From Dictyostelium discoideum (Eukaryota), in assembly GCA_000004695.1 (NCBI GenBank), contig CH709178.1, positions 1-2,239 on the forward strand: 2,239 bases of DNA, read 5' to 3'. A program made the position numbers and the translations under genes. Positions 1 through 2,239 of this stretch are shown piece after piece. Within the stretch, counting starts at the first letter, position 1. Every line of letters starts with the position of its first letter. Below the pieces are notes generated by a model. It saw only the letters and a program-made list of their open reading frames with translations. It was not told the origin of the DNA and ran no database searches.

Positions 1-7
1 TTTGAAT

Positions 8-22
8 TTGTAACAAATCTCC
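8..22 (+). repeat. 15-mer TTGTAACAAATCTCC, a near-identical direct copy of 695-709 (TTGTAACAAGATCTC; one 1-nt indel)
   Basis: A 9-mer exact match plus a 5-mer match is very unlikely by chance in 2.2 kb. The second copy forms the left arm of the 698-724 palindrome. Confidence 0.45.
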
Positions 23-24
23 GG

Positions 25-49
25 TTTTTTTTTTTTTTTTTTTTTTTTT
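25..49 (+). repeat. Poly(T) tract of 25 nt
   Basis: Homopolymer read directly. Confidence 0.95.
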
Positions 50-254
50 AATCAAAAATTTTATTTTTAGAATAGCATCTATTTTTTTACAAAAAAATAC
101 TTGTATCTTGAGCTGTTTATGCAATTAAGAATTTGAGTGCACTATAGGAGAGTTTTCAAAGTAATTTGGTATCTTCAAAAGAGAAGTGACTTGTTTTATA
201 CAAGACCATTTGGTAATTATATGTTTGAATGGAATGATGATTCCAATTAAATCC

Positions 255-271
255 AAAAAAAAAAAAAAAAA
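255..271 (+). repeat. Poly(A) tract of 17 nt
   Basis: Homopolymer read directly. Confidence 0.95.
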
Positions 272-389
272 TAATAATGATATTCGTTTTTTTATATATT
301 TAATATGATTTTGTGTATTTTTGGTGGTTTATTTATCTATACTAAATTCATATTAAAAATTAATAAATTCAAATTGTTATTTTAAGAAA

Positions 390-409
390 TTTTTTTTTTT
401 TTTTTTTTT
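390..409 (+). repeat. Poly(T) tract of 20 nt
   Basis: Homopolymer read directly. Confidence 0.95.
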
Positions 410-436
410 GTGTCTAATTTGAAAGATACTATCAAT

Positions 437-480
437 ATTTTATTTTATTTAATTTTATTTTTTTTATTTTATTTTTTTTA
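437..480 (+). repeat. Degenerate (TTTTA)n / T-rich microsatellite
   Basis: Reiterated ttttatttt units read directly. Confidence 0.7.
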
Positions 481-540
481 AACAAGTTTTTTAAATTAAA
501 AAAAAATAAAGGGATAAAATTTAAAAAAAATGGATATCGG

Positions 541-548
541 TATAAATA
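541..548 (+). promoter_or_regulatory. TATA-like element TATAAATA inside the GGATA cluster
   Basis: It matches the canonical TATA box but lies about 420 bp upstream of ATG 963 and is not followed by the usual oligo-T. It may serve an upstream or alternative start, or be fortuitous in AT-rich DNA. Confidence 0.2.
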
Positions 549-583
549 GTTAGGGTGGATAAAGTTAATCAAAAAAGACACTT

Positions 584-603
584 TTTATCCAAAAATGGAT
601 AAA
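584..603. promoter_or_regulatory. Perfect inverted repeat TTTATCCA-(AAAA)-TGGATAAA (8-bp arms)
   Basis: Read directly from the sequence. It is formed by the inverted and direct GGATAAA copies and is a candidate dimeric factor site. Confidence 0.35.
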
Positions 604-694
604 GGTAAAACAATAATCAGAATCTTCAAAAAATAAATTATACAATTAAATTTTATATATGAAAAATTAATTTGAATCTAAATTAATTAAAAAA

Positions 695-709
695 TTGTAA
701 CAAGATCTC
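695..709 (+). repeat. Second copy of the TTGTAACAA(G)ATCTC motif
   Basis: See the feature at 8-22. Confidence 0.45.
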
Positions 710-724
710 AAAAATATCTTGTTA
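698..724. promoter_or_regulatory. Perfect inverted repeat TAACAAGAT-(CTCAAAAAT)-ATCTTGTTA (9-bp arms, 9-nt spacer)
   Basis: Read directly. The left arm is part of a 15-mer that is also present at 8-22. Confidence 0.4.
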
Positions 725-749
725 ATACTAATATTTATTTAATTTTATG

Positions 750-771
750 AAATGTTCTAAAAAGAACATTT
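750..771. promoter_or_regulatory. Perfect inverted repeat AAATGTTCT-(AAAA)-AGAACATTT (9-bp arms)
   Basis: Read directly. It contains G/C, so it is unlikely to be a trivial AT palindrome. Confidence 0.4.
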
Positions 772-788
772 AAAAATAACTATTAATA

Positions 789-805
789 TTGAATTAATAA
801 TTCAA
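789..805. promoter_or_regulatory. 17-bp palindrome TTGAATTA-A-TAATTCAA (8-bp arms, 1-nt centre)
   Basis: Read directly. Confidence 0.35.
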
Positions 806-962
806 CCTCAGTAATAAATATATACAAATAATAAAAACACGATAGGGCTACGGTCATTAATTAATTTTGCGTACATTTATTTCTTAAATAATTAATCATT
901 TACTTTAATAATAATAGAATAAATAAATAATCAAATTTTATTAAATAATTTATTTTAAGAGA

Positions 963-1298
963 ATGTCAACTAATAATAACGAAGATATTGATAATGATGA
1001 ATTGCAACAACAGGATAATGAGGAACAACAACAACAACCACAGGTATCAACATTCAATGAACAGCAACGTCAGATAAGGGAACAGCAGCAAGTAATAGAT
1101 AAACAAAATCAACTTCTTCAACAACACATTCAATTAATAAATCAACAATCTCAACAACAATTAAATAATCATTCGACACCACCATCATCACCCAACATTA
1201 CAACACCAATAACTTCAGCAGCAATAACCAACACAATAAAGAAATCATTAGGAAAATTTAACACTGATGATACCGACCACCAGTTGTTACAAAAATAA
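963..1298 (+). CDS. Gln/Asn-rich low-complexity protein of 111 aa, single exon within the window; function unknown, possibly coiled-coil or prion-like
   Basis: ORF track 963..1298. Gln is encoded almost only by CAA, which is typical of dictyostelids. The composition is coding-like (G/C present, no long homopolymers), in contrast with the flanks. The in-frame GT at 1044 is not an intron because the sequence after it stays in frame and coding-like. Stop TAA is at 1296-1298, followed by several AATAAA motifs. Confidence 0.55.
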   Translation: MSTNNNEDIDNDELQQQDNEEQQQQPQVSTFNEQQRQIREQQQVIDKQNQLLQQHIQLINQQSQQQLNNHSTPPSSPNITTPITSAAITNTIKKSLGKFNTDDTDHQLLQK

Positions 1299-1320
1299 AA
1301 AGTAAAATAAAAAATAAAAT
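1294..1320 (+). promoter_or_regulatory. Several AATAAA polyadenylation-signal-like hexamers just after and overlapping the stop of the Gln-rich ORF
   Basis: AATAAA at 1294-1299, 1306-1311 and 1315-1320. Specificity is low in AT-rich DNA. Confidence 0.25.
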
Positions 1321-1360
1321 TTAAAAGTAATTTATTATTTACCTTCAATTTTTTTTGAGG

Positions 1361-1395
1361 TTTTTTTTTTTTTTCGCAACTGGCGCTTTTTTTTT
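1361..1395 (+). repeat. T14 - CGCAACTGGCGC - T9: an isolated 12-bp GC island flanked by oligo-T between the two genes
   Basis: Read directly. This is the only run of 5 or more G/C pairs in the intergenic region. A weak 3-bp stem CGC/GCG is possible. Confidence 0.5.
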
Positions 1396-1572
1396 AATTA
1401 AATTAAAAAAATAATATGAAAAATTTAAAAATAAATAAAATTTTTTTTTTTTACTTTATGGTTCGATTACAATAAAAACAATTTGAAATGGAGACAAAAA
1501 AACCATCAAACATAAGGTTAATAAATAAACTTCAAATTTTTTTTGAAGCTGAAAAAAAAAAATAAAAATTTT

Positions 1573-1638
1573 ATGGTGAAAAACTTTATTAAATATATTA
1601 TTGAAACACCGCAATATAGTCATCTAAATATTAAAGAG
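1573..1638 (+). CDS. Exon 1 (MVKNFIKYIIETPQYSHLNIKE) of a spliced gene for a pogo/Tigger-like (CENP-B-type HTH plus DDE_1) transposase-like protein
   Basis: ATG at 1573 is the first Met after an in-frame TAA at 1522-1524. The exon ends on a complete codon GAG, followed by GTACGA. Reading through the intron hits TAA after 5 codons, so splicing is required. The K..I..IIE.P...... I.EI pattern resembles the CENP-B N-terminal/psq HTH. Confidence 0.45.
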
Positions 1639-1715
1639 GTACGATTAATATTTTAATTTTAATATTGTATTATAAAAATTTTTTTAATTAAAATATAATT
1701 ATAATGGTAATTTAG
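1639..1715 (+). other. Intron 1 (77 nt, GTACGA...TTTAG, phase 0)
   Basis: It is over 85% A+T. The only AG in the interval is the terminal TTTAG at 1711-1715. The downstream open frame begins exactly at 1716, immediately after the in-frame TAG formed by the acceptor. Confidence 0.55.
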
Positions 1716-1895
1716 ATACATGAGGTAGTAGGAACTACTAGACAAAATGTCTCTAAATATTACAATATGTTTCATGGTGGTGTTTTAGATAATACAAGAG
1801 GATTATCAGACAACGATATTTTAGAGATGGATAAAATTTTGGGTGAAAACCATAAAATTAACTCACCATTAACAAAAGAAGAAACTAAAACAGAG
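1716..1895 (+). CDS. Exon 2 (IHEVVGTTRQNVSKYYNMFHGGVLDNTRGLSDNDILEMDKILGENHKINSPLTKEETKTE) of the transposase-like gene
   Basis: It contains the listed ORF 1767..1949 but is open from 1716, directly after the acceptor. IKE|IHEVVGTTRQNVSKY completes a helix-turn-helix-like motif (hydrophobic-x-x-G-x-(S/T)-x-x-x-V-S-K-Y). It ends at codon GAG 1893-1895 before GTACAT. Confidence 0.6.
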
Positions 1896-1965
1896 GTACA
1901 TATTAATTTAATTATAAAATTAAATATTAATCATTTAATGCTAATATAGTGAAAATTTTATTTAG
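1896..1965 (+). other. Intron 2 (70 nt, GTACAT...TTTAG, phase 0)
   Basis: Read-through stops at TAG 1947-1949. The alternative acceptors at 1949 and 1969 give the wrong frame. Only the acceptor at 1965 joins the 89-codon open frame starting at 1966. Confidence 0.6.
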
Positions 1966-2232
1966 TTAGCTAATATTATTAGAAAAAGAAACCCAAATTA
2001 CACACATCCATGTGTTTCTGATACTTTATATTACCAATATTTTAATCACGATAATAACATTAGACTTTTAAAAGGATCAATACGTACGGATGCCCGAACG
2101 AACGTCAATAGTGAACAGGTGGTACAATGGCCAAAGGATCAACAGGATTTTCTAATTAAAAATAAGGTACCGTTGGAAAGGATATGGAATTTGGACGAAA
2201 CAGCAATAAAACTTGATGAAACTGCAGTTAAG
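1966..2232 (+). CDS. Exon 3 (partial; gene continues beyond the window): LANIIRKRNPNYTHPCVSDTLYYQYFNHDNNIRLLKGSIRTDARTNVNSEQVVQWPKDQQDFLIKNKVPLERIWNLDETAIKLDETAVK. It contains an IWNLDETAI motif matching the first catalytic Asp region of pogo/Tigger DDE_1 transposases
   Basis: It is 89 codons with no stop in about 80% AT DNA. The frame opens exactly after the TTTAG acceptor. It ends at AAG|GTAAAAG at 2233, which may be the next donor or simply K-V-K if coding continues. A CG-rich codon patch (CGT ACG GAT GCC CGA ACG, 2083-2100) is atypical for the host. Confidence 0.6.
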
Positions 2233-2239
2233 GTAAAAG

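Larger units (their letters stand above)
512..604. promoter_or_regulatory. Cluster of five GGATA(A/T) motifs (GATA-core): 512-519, 532-537, 557-564 and 597-604 direct, 583-590 inverted; TGGATAAAG occurs exactly twice (556-564, 596-604)
   Basis: These G-containing motifs are repeated within 93 bp in an otherwise almost pure A/T region, 360-450 bp upstream of ATG 963. The GATAA core fits GATA-type zinc-finger factors, which are numerous in dictyostelids. Confidence 0.35.
1573..2239 (+). mobile_element. Candidate 5' portion of a pogo/Tigger-family (Tc1/mariner superfamily) DNA transposon or a domesticated pogo-derived gene; element ends not identified
   Basis: The domain order (N-terminal CENP-B-like HTH, then an [IV]-[FW]-N-x-D-E-T-A-[LI] motif about 160 aa in) matches pogo/Tigger transposases. 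The exon contains non-host-like CG codons. No TIR or TA target-site duplication could be identified in the window. Confidence 0.35.

Noticed and set aside
235-240. UGAUGA C-box-like hexamer, suggesting a C/D snoRNA
   Set aside because: There is no CUGA D box at an appropriate distance. The downstream sequence is a 17-nt poly-A run, which is incompatible with a snoRNA body.
126-328. 68-codon stop-free frame on the minus strand
   Set aside because: It has no Met, and a third of it is poly-Phe from translating the poly-A tract. It is a compositional artefact unless it is an internal exon, for which there is no splice-site support.
595-959. ATGGATAAAG|GTAAAAC looks like a mini first exon plus donor that could splice to the AG at 958-959 and extend the 963 ORF at its 5' end
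   Set aside because: Exon 1 would end in phase 1, and joining at 960 puts the downstream sequence out of frame with the 963 ORF. At 355 nt the intron would also be long for this genome type. Kept only as a note because the AAAATGGATA context recurs at 528.
1044-1049. CAG|GTATCA donor-like site inside the Gln-rich ORF
   Set aside because: The downstream sequence stays in frame, has coding-like composition, and lacks the more than 85% A+T typical of introns here. No acceptor with a frame-restoring partner is evident.
1460-1470. GGTTCGATTAC resembles the tRNA B-box consensus GGTTCGANTCC. Isolated 'ex-B boxes' are known landmarks for tRNA-targeting retroelements in dictyostelids.
   Set aside because: Only 8 of 11 positions match. 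There is no A box, no foldable cloverleaf and no GC-rich 72-nt unit nearby, so this is most likely a chance match.
1488-1565. ATG 1488 short ORF (METKKPSNIRLINKLQIFFEAEKKKK*) with AAG|GTTAAT donor-like site at 1517 as a possible extra 5' exon of the transposase-like gene
   Set aside because: No acceptor between 1517 and 1573 restores the frame. The ORF is low-complexity and reads through poly-A. It is most likely a non-coding leader.
1948-1969. Alternative acceptors for intron 2 at ATATAG (1949) and TTAG (1969)
   Set aside because: Both put the 89-codon downstream open frame out of phase. Only TTTAG ending at 1965 is compatible, and the frame opens exactly there.
1-2239. Prokaryote-style features (operons, RBS, rho-independent terminators, CRISPR arrays, integrons)
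   Set aside because: The sequence is eukaryotic in character: spliceosomal GTA...TAG introns, poly-Q tracts, homopolymer intergenic tracts. No direct-repeat/spacer architecture is present.

Overview
This 2,239-bp window is extremely AT-rich (roughly 80% A+T) eukaryotic DNA with long poly-T and poly-A tracts, CAA-encoded poly-glutamine, and short AT-rich introns that start GTA and end TTTAG. By inference this fits a dictyostelid (Dictyostelium-type) genome, not a prokaryote, so operon, CRISPR and rho-independent-terminator logic does not apply. Two protein-coding units are supported, both on the + strand. (1) 963-1298 is a single-exon 111-aa Gln/Asn-rich low-complexity protein. Its ~960-bp AT-rich upstream region carries an unusual density of G/C-containing perfect palindromes and a cluster of GGATA(A/T) motifs. 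(2) A spliced gene starts at ATG 1573 with three exons (1573-1638, 1716-1895, 1966-2232+). Each downstream open frame opens exactly at a TTTAG acceptor, and the gene runs off the window at a possible GTAAAAG donor. Its N-terminus has a CENP-B/psq-type helix-turn-helix pattern. Exon 3 ends in I-W-N-L-D-E-T-A-I, which closely matches the first catalytic-Asp motif of pogo/Tigger (DDE_1) transposases (for example I-F-N-V-D-E-T-A-L in Tigger1), and a second copy, L-D-E-T-A-V-K, follows immediately. Exon 3 also contains a patch of CG-rich codons that the host normally avoids, which suggests foreign or transposon origin. The most likely reading of the right third of the window is the 5' part of a pogo/Tigger-like DNA transposon or a domesticated derivative. 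No rRNA or tRNA genes are supported and no CRISPR is present. All calls come from reading the sequence by eye; the homology statements need HMM or BLAST confirmation.
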